A DNA stretch of 62,860 bases, the filler included, from Octopus bimaculoides (lineage: Eukaryota): assembly GCF_001194135.2 (NCBI RefSeq). It is 2 parts of 2 records of this genome, joined end to end, with 100 filler letters (N's around TTAATTAATTAA, not from the genome) between each part and the next. Parts side by side here need not be neighbours in the genome. Positions count along the whole stretch, not along the records: positions 1 to 31,185 come from NC_068991.1; 1 more part is not named here. The stretch is one strand, 5' to 3'. The position numbers and the translations under genes were made by a program. Under the pieces are notes generated by a model. It did not search any database. It saw only the letters and a list, made by a program, of their open reading frames with translations, and was not told the origin of the DNA. Shown here one piece after another: positions 12,886 through 25,639 of the stretch (positions are counted from its first letter, which is position 1; every line of letters starts with the position of its first letter).

Positions 12886-13662
12886 GTATCCATGTATAAA
12901 TGAATACATATTCCTATGTATGTGTGCAGTGGGGTGTATGTGTTATGTATTGTCTTCATGCAACATGGCCAGATGTTTTGAAATTCACCTTTTCAGAGAA
13001 GATGGCTAAATGTCTGTGGATGTTCAATCAATATATATATTGTAGAAACATGGTTAGGTTAGGGAGGAGGAAGAAGAATAGAGTAGTGGCAGCTAATAAT
13101 TACGATAGCATTGAAAGCACTCATTAAAATAAAGATATTTTCGCAAAAACTTGGAATATTAATAAATCTCAAAACATAATAAAAATGAGAAAAACTTGAA
13201 AATAGAAATGAGATGATATTTGTGAAAAAGATTTTAGGAAGAAATATTGAAAGTAAGATGAAAATAAAAGCATATATAAAAATTTATGGATAAAATATAT
13301 GAAAATCTCAAAAGGCTCACTACAATCAGTTAATCAAAATTGTTTGTGCATGTATGTGCTTGTATGCTTGTATGTGTGTGTGTTTGTGTGTGTGTATATG
13401 TATGTATATAGAGAAAGAGAGGGAGAGATATGTATATTGTATGTATGTATGTATGTATGTATGTATATGTCCAAAACCATCCATACACAAACATGACATA
13501 CACAATATGAAGATTGTCTCAAGCTTGTGGACATGTCTATTAGGTAAATATTTATGTATTCATGAGAGTAGATTTATGTTTGTTTGTGTGTTTTATAAAA
13601 AAACAAATATGACAAAAAAAATGCCCTAAATTTACTGTCAGTATTATTTATAAACAAAGAGA

Positions 13663-13789
<127 letters not shown>

Positions 13790-14728
13790 NNNNNNNNNNN
13801 NNNNNNNNNNNNNNNNNNNNNNNNNNNNNNNNNNNNNNNNNNNNNNNNNNNNNNNNNNNNNNNNNNNNNNNNNNNNNNNNNNNNNNNNNNNNNNNNNNNN
13901 NNNNNNNNNNNNNNNNNNNNNNNNNNNNNNNNNNNNNNNNNNNNNNNNNNNNNNNNNNNNNNNNNNNNNNNNNNNNNNNNNNNNNNNNNNNNNNNNNNNN
14001 NNNNNNNNNNNNNNNNNNNNNNNNNNNNNNNNNNNNNNNNNNNNNNNNNNNNNNNNNNNNNNNNNNNNNNNNNNNNNNNNNNNNNNNNNNNNNNNNNNNN
14101 NNNNNNNNNNNNNNNNNNNNNNNNNNNNNNNNNNNNNNNNNNNNNNNNNNNNNNNNNNNNNNNNNNNNNNNNNNNNNNNNNNNNNNNNNNNNNNNNNNNN
14201 NNNNNNNNNNNNNNNNNNNNNNNNNNNNNNNNNNNNNNNNNNNNNNNNNNNNNNNNNNNNNNNNNNNNNNNNNNNNNNNNNNNNNNNNNNNNNNNNNNNN
14301 NNNNNNNNNNNNNNNNNNNNNNNNNNNNNNNNNNNNNNNNNNNNNNNNNNNNNNNNNNNNNNNNNNNNNNNNNNNNNNNNNNNNNNNNNNNNNNNNNNNN
14401 NNNNNNNNNNNNNNNNNNNNNNNNNNNNNNNNNNNNNNNNNNNNNNNNNNNNNNNNNNNNNNNNNNNNNNNNNNNNNNNNNNNNNNNNNNNNNNNNNNNN
14501 NNNNNNNNNNNNNNNNNNNNNNNNNNNNNNNNNNNNNNNNNNNNNNNNNNNNNNNNNNNNNNNNNNNNNNNNNNNNNNNNNNNNNNNNNNNNNNNNNNNN
14601 NNNNNNNNNNNNNNNNNNNNNNNNNNNNNNNNNNNNNNNNNNNNNNNNNNNNNNNNNNNNNNNNNNNNNNNNNNNNNNNNNNNNNNNNNNNNNNNNNNNN
14701 NNNNNNNNNNNNNNNNNNNNNNNNNNNN

Positions 14729-14784
<56 letters not shown>

Positions 14785-14841
14785 ATTTATGTATACATAT
14801 ATGTATGTATATACATATATCTATAATTATTTCCATATATA

Positions 14842-15050
14842 AAGGCGGCAAGCTGACATAATTTTTAGAATGCCAGAGCAAAATGCTTCATGTTCTAAGT
14901 TCAAATTCCACCAAGGTCAACTTTGCCTTTCATCCTTTTGGGGTCGACAAAATAAGTACCAGTTGTGCATTGGGGTTGGGTCAGTATAATCAACTTACCC
15001 CATCCTCCGAAATTGATGGCCTTTGATCCAAAATTTGAAATCATTATTTC
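14842..15050 (+). mobile_element. tRNA-derived SINE (aaggcggcgagctggcag family), decayed
   Basis: B box gttcaaattcc and central ctttgcctttcatccttttggggtcgacaaaataagtacc, which resembles Nin/Deu-type central domains (inference). Confidence 0.8.
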
Positions 15051-16124
15051 CATATAAATATATATGTATATTTGTGTGTGTATATGTGCGCATGTGTGTG
15101 TGTATGTGTGTGTGTGTATAATTATATATGTATATGTATATACTTATGCATATAATGCATACATATACACACACCCACACAAACACACACATAAGTATAT
15201 ATTTGACAAATACAATTACACATTTCATTTTGAGAAAAACAAAAAAAAAAGAAATTTTTTAATATATTAAACATTGTCATTTAACACCCCCTACCCTCCA
15301 CATAATTAAAAATTATAATTATAATCAAACAAGAAAGCTCAAAAATTCCGTTAAGCTAATTCTGTGATCAATGGATATGTTACCTGCATGTCGATGGTTT
15401 GAGAAATTTGAACAATTTGCCAGAATTCTTCATTCTAGATTCCTTTATATGGAAAAGTCTTGGAGAAATTGGCAATATGAAGAAAGAGAAAAATTTTTTC
15501 TTTGTTCAAAGTCATCTGAATCATATAAAGACTTAGCAGTGACATTTGTACATATATGTGTATGTATGAGTGCGTGTGTATGCAGGTGTGTATGTATGTA
15601 CAGAAGTATGTATGTACATATGTAAGTATGAATGTGTGCATCTATTTATGGTGTATGTATATATATATATATATATATGTATTTATGTGTAGGTATCTAT
15701 ATGTCTATTTTTTATTTATTTATTTATTTATTTATGTGTTTCAGCCAAGTGGCTGCGGTCATGCTGGTGCACCACCGTGATTTTCCCGTTCCTTGCATGG
15801 CTCTTCTCCCCCACCTGACATGGTCCAATCAAGAGTTTTGATGGCACATCTGGTGTATAAGNNNNNNNNNNNNNNNNNNNNNNNNNNNNNNNNNNNNNNN
15901 NNNNNNNNNNNNNNNNNNNNNNNNNNNNNNNNNNNNNNNNNNNNNNNNNNNNNNNNNNNNNNNNNNNNNNNNNNNNNNNNNNNNNNNNNNNNNNNNNNNN
16001 NNNNNNNNNNNNNNATATATATAGATATATATATATATATATACTTGTGTTTATGTGCATGTGCATACATGTATGTCTGTGTATATGTATGCACTATGCA
16101 TATATATGTATATATTTTTATATA

Positions 16125-16164
<40 letters not shown>

Positions 16165-16778
16165 TATACACATATATGTCTATATATATGCATTATGTGT
16201 GTGTGCGTATGCACGTGTGCATATGCACATATGTGCATATGTGTTGTTCGCATTGTACAAAACAAGTATATTGTTTTGAATGCCTTGGAGTTCTCCAGAT
16301 TCTCTTATACTTCAAGAAATGTAATAAAATATAATTAAGTGTATGCAATTCCAAGATACGCTGTGAATTACCAAATGTTTCTTATGCAATATCTGAAATG
16401 ACCGAAATATTTCCACTAATTGACAAGATGCCAACCATAATCTACAGCTACAAGCAATCAAAATAAATATAATATATCTAACAATAAGTTCCTGCCAGCT
16501 GTGTTTGGTGCTAAAATTTTGATTTACATTCCCGATTGTGACAAAGAGCGTACAGTTATTACTCATAATATTTTAACGATTATCTATCTATATTCGTTGA
16601 GCCAAGCATGAAGGGTATTCAAACTGTTTTATACTAGACTGCACACATCGTAATAGATAAACAAGCAACTGTCTTGGCAAGCTGCAGCATAATATTGAAT
16701 AAGAATGAAGCATGGACTTCTTAAGTGAATGCATTTGTACAGTACAAAACTAAGAAATATTTTAGTGCTAACATAAAA

Positions 16779-17465
16779 GGTGACTGGACAATTTGCTGTA
16801 AAGAAATCCGCCGTAGGACAATTGGCCATAGGACTATTTACTGTAAGACAATCCACTGTATGGATATTTCGCAGCAAGGACATTCTGCAGTAAAACTTAG
16901 AAGCTTGAAATTGTGTCATTAATTAAATAAGGTGGATAAAGGAACAATTATTTACAGCAGTCATTTTTGGTAATTGCTGAAATGATAATTTAAAAACTGA
17001 AAGCTCATTTAAATTTGAGATAGGTCATTTAAATTTGAGAAAGGTCATTTAAATTTGAGAAAGGTCATTTAAATTTGAGAAAGGTCATTTTTCAATGTCT
17101 TGAGAAATGAAGAATCTCTTTCTAAAAAGAAGGTAAACGATGCAGCAAGAGGAGAAACCACAACCAGGGAAAAAATACAAAGATGTTTATAAGTGCATAC
17201 TAAGTATTGTCAGAGGTTACCATCAAAATCAAAAACATTATTTGCACTCAATTGCAATGAACTTACATGATTTTTAGCTTTTTAGTTTTTTTAGCTTAAC
17301 TTTTTAAATACAATGTATCCCCTTCATTATTTTGATTTTTATTTTTTATCTTCTCTTCTTATGCTTTACTACAAAATGTCCTTGAGGTGAAAAATCTGTC
17401 CGGTGAATTGTCTTACGGCCAATTGTCCGACGGTGAAATACCTTATGGTGAATTGTCCTAGATTC
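16779..17465 (+). mobile_element. Non-autonomous MULE (Mutator-like, Phantom-type repetitive TIRs) deletion derivative
   Basis: 15-bp subterminal repeats (ggacaattyrccgta) on the left and their inverse on the right. Flanks AACATAAAA (16770-16778) and AAGATAAAA (17466-17474) form a 9-bp TSD with 1 mismatch. Internal relic FFNVLRNEESLSKKKVN / KKYKDVYKCILSIVRGYHQNQKHYLHSIAMNL resembles a MULE transposase C-terminus. Confidence 0.75.
17001..17090. repeat. 20-bp tandem repeat x4.5 (aaggtcatttaaatttgaga)
   Basis: Units at 17001, 17021, 17041, 17061 and a partial at 17081; no spacers. Confidence 0.95.
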
Positions 17466-17609
17466 AAGATAAAAATGGGTTTTGTGATTTTAAAATATAA
17501 TTTAAATTCAGACTAATGCGATAAGAGACAGACAATAAAAATCGTACTATGTCCTTTGGTAATTTCAGTTTCAGTAAAAGTTCAGTATTAATATTTTATC
17601 ATCAGTGCT

Positions 17610-17962
17610 TCTCAACCACATGGTTATGGGTTCAGTCCCATTGCGTGTCTTCTATTATAGCCTCAGGCCAACCAAGGCCTTGTGAGTGGATTTGGTAGAT
17701 GGAAACTGAAAGAATCCACATATAGCTATGTGTGTGAGTCTTTATGCCTGTGTATGTCCCTCTATCACCACTTGACAATGAGTGTTGATGTCTTTACATC
17801 ACTGTAACTTAGCGGTTTGGCAAAAGAGTCTGATAGAATAAGTACTAATCTTCAAATTTAAAAAAAAAGTCCTGGGGTCGATTTCTTCAACTAAAAAAAA
17901 CGCTTCAAGGTGGTGCTCTAGAATGGCCGTGGTCAAATGACTGAAACAAGTAAAAGAATAAA
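17610..17962 (+). mobile_element. tRNA-derived SINE, CpG-decayed
   Basis: Same family as 25172-25572. Confidence 0.85.
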
Positions 17963-18272
17963 AGTATACAAGTATATCTAAGGCAGTGAGGTGACAGAAA
18001 TGCTAGACATTTTAAAAGTGATAAAACAAAGTATACAAGGTAAGAATGCAATATATGTATTTCATATTTTAACAAAATAACTTGCTAAATAGCCTATAGA
18101 ACTACTAAGGCCTTCTTTACAATATCTTAGTTTCATACAATACTGGTAACATATATATGATATATGCATTTGTGTGTGTGTTTGTGTGTGTGTGTGAGTG
18201 GACAAATGAAGAAAAGCAACATTTTGTTCGGAGTTGTGTCTGTCAAATTACAAGTTGACTTGGCTCTATCTC

Positions 18273-18352
18273 ACATGCTCTACATGCACTGCAAAACATG
18301 TAGGTCATTACATGTAGGACATTGCATGTAGGACATTACATGTCCTACATGC
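18273..18352. repeat. 14-bp direct/inverted mini-array (rcatgtaggacatt)
   Basis: Three direct units at 18296-18337 plus inverted copies. Perfect 12-bp hairpin 18324-18335/18341-18352. Confidence 0.85.
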
Positions 18353-18442
18353 CCACAAAACGCTTTAGTCATATGAAACTGATTGAAACTGTTATTACAT
18401 ATATGTGTATGTATTGTATATATATAAGGTGAAGTGATCAAT

Positions 18443-18483
<41 letters not shown>

Positions 18484-18517
18484 ATAAATATGTATAAATA
18501 TATGTATATATATGTAT

Positions 18518-18602
<85 letters not shown>

Positions 18603-19026
18603 TGTATGTATGTATGTATGCATGTTTGTGTGTGTGTGTGTGTGTGCATATACATATATACATGTATACATATTATATATGCATATTGTATATACATACA
18701 TATTATATATACGTATTATATATATATACATATTACATATGCATATACATATTGTATATATACACACACACACATGCATGCACACACACACACATACACA
18801 AACACACATACACACATGTATGTACATATATGAGCCTGTGAATTTGTGTTCTTGTAAGTGTGTCTGCATGTAAGTGTGTGTGCACATCTAAGTGTGTTCG
18901 CAGGTATGTATAATATATGCATATATATCTCACTGTAGGCATTTAAATCTCTTTTATTTCCTGTCACTTTATAATTGTGAATGTCTACATGCAAGCAAAC
19001 ATATGAGTGTTTCTATGTATGGCTCC

Positions 19027-19071
<45 letters not shown>

Positions 19072-19420
19072 ACTGCACACATCACCATTACAAAAATTCA
19101 TGCAACCACAATTGTACTCACTCAAATTCTTACCACTGCATCTGCAATAATCAAATCACTTGTGCAGCACATGGCAAATTATGCATGTGCAATTCCAAGC
19201 TAGGACTGTGAAGAAATCAAATATGTCTACTCTTTACTCATGTTTGATTTATATCGTGTTGATCTTGTACATCATCAGCGGGTTTTCAAAGTCCTCCTCA
19301 GTCCTTATGGGTGTATGCCATTGAGCAGTTTGACTGAAGATTGAATGAGGTGGCAACCATTTTAATATCTGACAAGGTGTTACAATCAATTATATATATA
19401 TATATACGCATGTATGTATT

Positions 19421-19477
<57 letters not shown>

Positions 19478-19478
<1 letters not shown>

Positions 19479-19892
19479 CGTAAATCCTCGAGTATAATCT
19501 GCACTTTTACCCAAAATTTAAAGGTAAAAATTTCTAGTGCATGCTATATACGAGGTTAAAAATGAAAAATTTTTCTAAGCAAAATTTTCTAAGTGATAAA
19601 CATGTAAATGCAATTTACTTAATGTTTATTTTTCACTGACGTTATTACTGTTATTTCTTTATTTTCTGCAAAGTGCACAAAAAAGCAACACATTTGCATT
19701 ATGTTATATATACAATAATAATAAAGGACGTTACCGTATATATGTTTCCAAACCAAGGACGTAATATAGACCTCCTTAACTCAAGTTAGAGAAGGGGTGC
19801 GTATTATACACAAGGTTTAGGTTTTTCATCGGTACAGCCCCCTAAAAATCCCCCTGCGTATTATACTCAAAGGCAGACTATACTCGAGGATT

Positions 19893-19897
<5 letters not shown>
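19478..19897. mobile_element. pogo/Tigger-type MITE
   Basis: 25-bp TIRs ccgtaaatcctcgagtataatctgc / gcagactatactcgaggatttacag (2 mismatches), TA on the right flank, non-coding interior. Confidence 0.85.
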
Positions 19898-19924
<27 letters not shown>

Positions 19925-19933
19925 GTATATATA

Positions 19934-20012
<79 letters not shown>

Positions 20013-20543
20013 ACATGTATATATATATATGTGTGTGAACGGTTTTGTTATACAGTGCTGAGTTTTACAATCCTGTAAATAATATTAATAGTATTTATAT
20101 ACGCTTAAAGCTTATAGCGATCACCGTGCAATGGCTAAGGAAAATATTCTAATAATGGGGCATATAAGCCCACGACAGAAAAAAGTAGACTTTACGATAC
20201 ACACATGCATATATATTTATATTTATATATAAGTTGTTATAATGAAGTCAAACCAAATAACGGTATTTCAACATCATTACAGCCAGGTGAGATAAGATAT
20301 AATGTATTATCTCTGGTGGGATAATACATTGATCGTAACAAATCCAACCAATATTATTGGATAAGTATCCAAGAATGTTGGTTAAATTTGTCATGTTCAA
20401 GGTATTATCTCACCTGTTTATACCTGTTTAAAATTTTACCTAAAATTAGTGGATTATGTGTAATCTATGAATACATCAATAAAATTCTACCAAAACAACT
20501 GCTGTAAATTTTAAACCCCGTGTTAGTCCCCTTTATATATATT

Positions 20544-20579
<36 letters not shown>

Positions 20580-21082
20580 CTAGATTGAACTGTCTCAAGT
20601 GTAACTGCCCGAAACTGTAAGGACATCTGGTAACTTGACTGAGGAAAGAAGGCCACAAATGACCTGTCCTTTTTTCCCTGACCTTCTAATTGTTGTTTCT
20701 CCTGTCCATCTCCTGTCCAGAAGGTCGATAAGGGTAAGCAGATAAGTGTCGTGAGAGTAAGAGCTAGCTAGAAATACAGGTGAGGGACAATGTAGTAGTG
20801 AACTGTGAAAGAAGATTGGTAGCGAAGTCTTTAAAATTATCTTATTTTCAGGTGTCTGGTCTACTAAAATTTAATGGTCTTTGCATAGCGATGTTTAAAA
20901 TTGTTAATCGTATTATGATACAAGTGTGTGACAACTTGGGGTGAATCCTAAGGCTAAGCTATTTAATTAAAACTTAAAAACTCAGTTGCATTTTTAATGT
21001 TTTCTACCTGTAAAATAATCTGTTTAGACAGAATGATGTCCATCACTAAGCTGAGAAGAATTACCCCACAAAACATTTTCAG

Positions 21083-21152
<70 letters not shown>

Positions 21153-21448
21153 TATTATACATGTATGTGTATGTGTATGCAGGTGCATGTGTGTGTGTGT
21201 GTGTGCGTAATGCCAACATAGAAGATGGACGTTAAAAGACGATGTATGCATACATATCTACAAGCACGTGTATATCATCATCATCATCATCATCACCGTC
21301 GTTTAATGTCCACCTTCCATGCTGGTATGGGTGGGACGGATATATACATATATATATTATGTATTTATTGTCTGTGGATCATACATCCCAAAAAGAAACA
21401 CACTCATAGAGCAGTAATGTATTTATAAGCAGTTAAGTCTATGTCCAG

Positions 21449-21566
21449 TCATTGAGTGACCAATGCTTTCGCATCCACAAAGCACTTAGCCCCATGGACG
21501 ACTCATTGGACTTTAATGGCAAAGGCCTTGTAGCTCTTCAAGTTGCTGAGATAGAAATCTGTTATG
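21449..21566 (+). CDS. Candidate exon
   Basis: Acceptor ctatgtccAG and donor ATG|GTCAGT; open frame SLSDQCFRIHKALSPMDDSLDFNGKGLVALQVAEIEICY. Unique island among repeats; no homology recognised. Confidence 0.2.
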
Positions 21567-21592
21567 GTCAGTTAGTAAATATATATATATAT

Positions 21593-21964
21593 AGGTGCAG
21601 GAGTCGCTGTGTGGTAAATAGCTTGCTTCCCAACCAAATGATTCTGGGTTCAGTCCCACTGTGTGGTGCTTTGGGTAAGCGTCTTCTACTATAGCTTTGG
21701 GCCGACCAAAACCTTATGGGTGGATTTGGTAGACGGAAATATGTGTATGTGCGTGTGTGTGTCTAAGTTTGTCCCCCTACTATCACTTGACAATCAATGT
21801 TGGTGTGTTTACCTCCCTGTAACTTAGTGCTTCAGCAAGTGAGACCAGTAGAATAAGTACTAGGCTTACAAAGAATAAGTCCTAGAGTTGATTTGTCCGA
21901 CTAAAGGTAGTGCTCCAACATGGCCACAGTCAAATAATTGAAACAAGCAAAAGAAGAAAAGAAT
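21593..21964 (+). mobile_element. tRNA-derived SINE, near full length
   Basis: aggtgcaggagtcgctgtgtggtaa head, gggttcagtccc B box, central (TG)n, 3' gaaacaagcaaaag. Confidence 0.9.
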
Positions 21965-22404
21965 TTATACGCATATATCAATGTGTTTGCAATCGGAAAG
22001 GCAGGAGCAGAAAATGAAGGAAAACAGTTAAAAAATAAATCAGTAACTGGCAAACGGGGCATTGAAATAGTTTGTAGTTGTAAGGCACAAATAGAGGTTG
22101 CTCTCACCTTGAGATTGCAGTCGACACTGGACCCTCCAAGTGTCAGGTTACAGAAACCAGCAAAATTTAATAGTTGTATCCACATGAGCCCTCTACCCAA
22201 GCTCCAACCAGCAAGGACTACTACCCTCAGATCCGACCTTCACAACACACCTGAGAGCAGGAGGTTGTTTTGAACCAGCTGCTTCTTGAAGTGATGTCAC
22301 TTCCCCTCGCTGCCAGTCCCGTGTCCTTCACCCACAGGTACTGAGAAAATAGATGCTGGTTATACACCAAGGGTAATTTAATAATAAATGATGCCCATCA
22401 GATC

Positions 22405-22569
22405 CAGGAGTGGCTGTGTGGTTGAGAAGTATGCTTTCTGATCTCATACTTTTGTGTTCAATCCCACTGCTTGGCACCTTGGGCAAGTGTCTTCTGCTAA
22501 AGCCCTGAACCGATCAAAGCGTTGTAAGTAGATTTGGTCGATGGAAATTGAAAGACCATCGTATGTAAA

Positions 22570-22627
<58 letters not shown>

Positions 22628-22940
22628 TGTGCACGTGTGTGTGTGTTTTTGTGTCTCCTCCCCTTGACATTGTGAGGTAGTTGTAATTGTCACCATCATA
22701 TAAGCCGTGTTATTCAATTCCAATCTATTGCAAAAACATGTCTGGCCATGGAGAGAAATATTACCTTGCTTGAAAACATATGCAGCTCAGCAACAAGAGG
22801 AAGGGCATTTGGTCATAGAAAATCTGCCTTAATAAAATCCATCCAACTCATGCAAGCATAGAAAAGTGGACTTTAAAACAATGACGATGACGACGATGAC
22901 AACGACGATGAGGATGATGATAATGATGATGATGATGATG
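22405..22940 (+). mobile_element. tRNA-derived SINE with central (TG)n and a GAT-type tail
   Basis: Head as at 21593; after about 22700 the sequence resembles the GAT-tailed family. Confidence 0.7.
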
Positions 22941-23269
22941 AGAAACTTTAGCCTCATGTTATTATGTATAAAGTTATTAGTTTACCCCCTTTTTCCAAAC
23001 TGGAACTTGTAGAATCAATTATATATCTCGGCAATCAATATATGCAATTACTTGATATGTTATTGATCTCAGATGAATATACTTCTCGTTAATCATTCCT
23101 AATGTCTCTACCAATTGCTTCTTAATTTTTCAGTATCCATATGGGAGAAATATTGCAGACATTTTCATCATTGACCTCCTCCTCCTCCTCCTCCTCCTCC
23201 TCCTNNNNNNNNNNNNNNNNNNNNNNNNNNNNNNNNNNNNNNNNNNNNNNNNNNNNCACCACCACCTGC

Positions 23270-23585
23270 TTGATACAGTGGTACAATGATACCACAAGAT
23301 AATGTGATCGACCAGAGTCTCAGATGTAGTTATACATCACTGATCACAATGAGCTTTGCATCACTTTTAACTTTCAAACGATGCTAGTTGAGAAGGCCAA
23401 CCTTCCATCTGATTAGAAGGCTAGTCCATTGCAGGGTCTTCTGTTTACAGTTGAGTGGACTGGAGAAATGTGAAAGGAAGTGTCTTGTTCAAGAACACAA
23501 TGCGCTGCCTGATTCGTGAATCGAACCCACAGTGTAGCAATCACGAATGCTATGCCCTAACCACTGGGCCAAGTACCTTCACTGG
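23270..23585 (-). mobile_element. Decayed tRNA-derived SINE
   Basis: Antisense A box (ccctaaccactgggcca) and B box (gaatcgaaccc). Confidence 0.65.
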
Positions 23586-23689
23586 CACAGTGATATATAA
23601 ATATATATATAGAGAGAGCTATAAATATATACATATATATATATTTATATATATATCAGCTTAGTTCCTCCTGCTCTCTATGGTACATC

Positions 23690-24480
23690 AAATATCAACT
23701 GATCTCCACTCAGTATGGCTGCAACTCCTGTCTCCAGCCTACATCGGGGTCAGGCTAATATCTGCCAGCTTCCACCCCACAGTCTTTAAAGAAGTTTTGA
23801 TAGATCTGTCCTCATCTTCTACGTGTATCTTCTGGCTTGCTCCCACTCAAGTGAGACCCACACTAGTCTCTTCATGAGCATGCACAGCATATAACCAAAT
23901 GTTTTTCACAATCTTACTATGATCGCTTCTGTAGGTTACTCAGCCTAGTGGAGGCGCAATGGCCCAATGGTTAGGGCAGCGGACTCGCGGTCATAGGATC
24001 ACGGTTTCGATTCCCAGACCGGGCGTTGTGAGTGTTTATTGAGCGAAAACACCTAAAGCTCCATGAGGCTCCAGCAGGGGATGGTGGTGAACTCTGCTGT
24101 ACTCTTTCACCACAACTTTCTCTCACTCTTACTTCCTGTTTCTGTTGTGCCTGTAATTCAAAGGGTCAGCCTTGTCACACTGTGTCACGCTGAATCTCCC
24201 CGAGAACTACGTTAAGGGTACACGTGTCTGTGGAGTGCTCAGCCACTTGCACGTTAATTTCATGAGCAGGCTGTTCCGTTGATCGGATCAACTGGAACCC
24301 TCGATGCCGTAAGCGATGGAGTGCCAACAACAACTCAGCCTAACTCTTTGCATGATTTTCTTCATTTGCATTGTGGTTATTCTTAAAAATTATTAGAATG
24401 CTTCCAAGGCAATGTCTGTTGAAGATATCTGCAGCTTTATAGATTCTAACGATCTTTTCTTTCCCTAGGAATTATCAGCA
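23690..24480 (-). mobile_element. Decayed RTE LINE 3' region interrupted by a SINE
   Basis: Minus peptides NRHCLGSIL...NHNANEE and KPEDTRRR*GQ...FFKDCG resemble RTE C-terminal motifs; continuous across the 23949-24332 insertion. Confidence 0.5.
23949..24332 (+). mobile_element. Full-length tRNA-derived SINE with a 10-bp TSD
   Basis: A box tggcccaatgg, B box ggtttcgattcc, (CAA) tail. TSD ACTCAGCCTA at 23938-23947 and 24333-24342. Confidence 0.92.
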
Positions 24481-24874
24481 CAATGATTAATGTATACAAA
24501 TAGAGCTTAGTGACTTGATTTACAAAGGAGCTAAATCATATATTCTTCAGACACTGGAAGACACCTGCAACCATTCTGAATCTTTTCTCTGCGTCATATA
24601 TATTCATTCTGTGTCGAAACTCATAATTTTCAAATGATTAAAACTGATTATAGCTGACATAAAAACATAAATCAATAAGAAATTGCTGAATGATACATAA
24701 CAAAGGGCAAACAAAAATAAACGAAGAGAAATATAAATACAGAAGCTGTTTATTGTCATCACTTTGAGATGCTGTCTGTTAGAAAACAATAACTGTCTGA
24801 TAACATTAAACAGGAGACATAGCGTCTTGAACTCTTATATAGTAGTACACATATTTGATACTACTTAGTGTGGG

Positions 24875-25055
24875 TTGCATGAAGTAGTGCATCCAGCGCA
24901 TTCTGTAATGTGGTCAGCATTAGGAGGGGTGCCCAGTCATAAAAACCATGTCACTGAAACTCAATGCAGTCTATGGACACATTACTTCTTGTCAAACCAT
25001 TTGACCATGCCAACTTGGAGCATGGATGTAAATGATGATGACAATGATGATGATG
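24875..25055 (+). mobile_element. Decayed GAT-tailed SINE
   Basis: cattaggaggggtgcccagtcataaaaacc motif and (GAT)n tail. Confidence 0.6.
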
Positions 25056-25171
25056 GCACACATACTCACATACACATGATTGAGTTCAATATTTGGTTTG
25101 ACTTTATTATTATTATTATGATATGCAACTCTCAGCTATTACAAGCTATCATGTTCCTACTTTGTTTAGAT

Positions 25172-25572
25172 AGGTGCAGGAGTGGCTATGCGGTAAGTAG
25201 CTTGCTTACCAACCACATGGTTCCAGGTTCAGTCCCACTGGGTGGCATCTTGGGCAAGTGTCTTCTACTATACCCTTGGGCCGACCAAAGCCTTGTAAGT
25301 GGATTTGGTAGACGGAAACTGAAAGAAGCCCGTCGTATAGATGTGTGTGTGTATGTTTGTGTGTCTGTGTTTGTCCCCCTAGCATTGCTTGACAACCGAT
25401 GCTGGTGTGTTTGCATCCCCGTAACTTAGCAGTTCGGCAAAAGAGACTGATAGAATAAATACTAGGCTTACAAAGAATAAGTCCCAGAGTCCATTTGCTC
25501 GACTAAAGGCGGTGCTCCAGCATGGCCACAGTCAAATAACTGAAACAAGTAAAAGAGTAAAAGAGTAAAGAG
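25172..25572 (+). mobile_element. Full-length tRNA-derived SINE
   Basis: aggtgcaggagtggctatgcggtaag head, ggttcagtccc B box, central (TG)n, 3' (aaagagt)n tail. Confidence 0.92.
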
Positions 25573-25639
25573 TTAGAGATAAGGCTTTGGAGTGGTTTTT
25601 TTCAACTGCATATATAGCAGACACATACCAATGTTATTG

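Noticed and set aside
17001-17090. CRISPR-like or iteron-like array
   Set aside because: Head-to-tail repeats without spacers, in a eukaryotic transposon.
18273-18352. p53 response-element cluster
   Set aside because: CATG cores are present but the flanks mostly fail RRRCWWGYYY and the spacing is 14 bp.
20590-20640. Hammerhead at cccgaaactgtaaggac
   Set aside because: A GAAA-stem III-like part is present, but there is no upstream CUGANGA core or stem II.
21500-21562. Minus-strand internal exon with a perfect TACTAAC branch point
   Set aside because: All three frames stop within 20 codons and there is no good donor. It could only be a terminal exon (...QLEELQGLCH*), which is unsupported.
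23949-24020. tRNA genes at SINE heads (also 6483, 25172, 34245, 44361)
   Set aside because: A and B boxes are present but acceptor and T stems do not close, and each runs into a SINE or PLE body.
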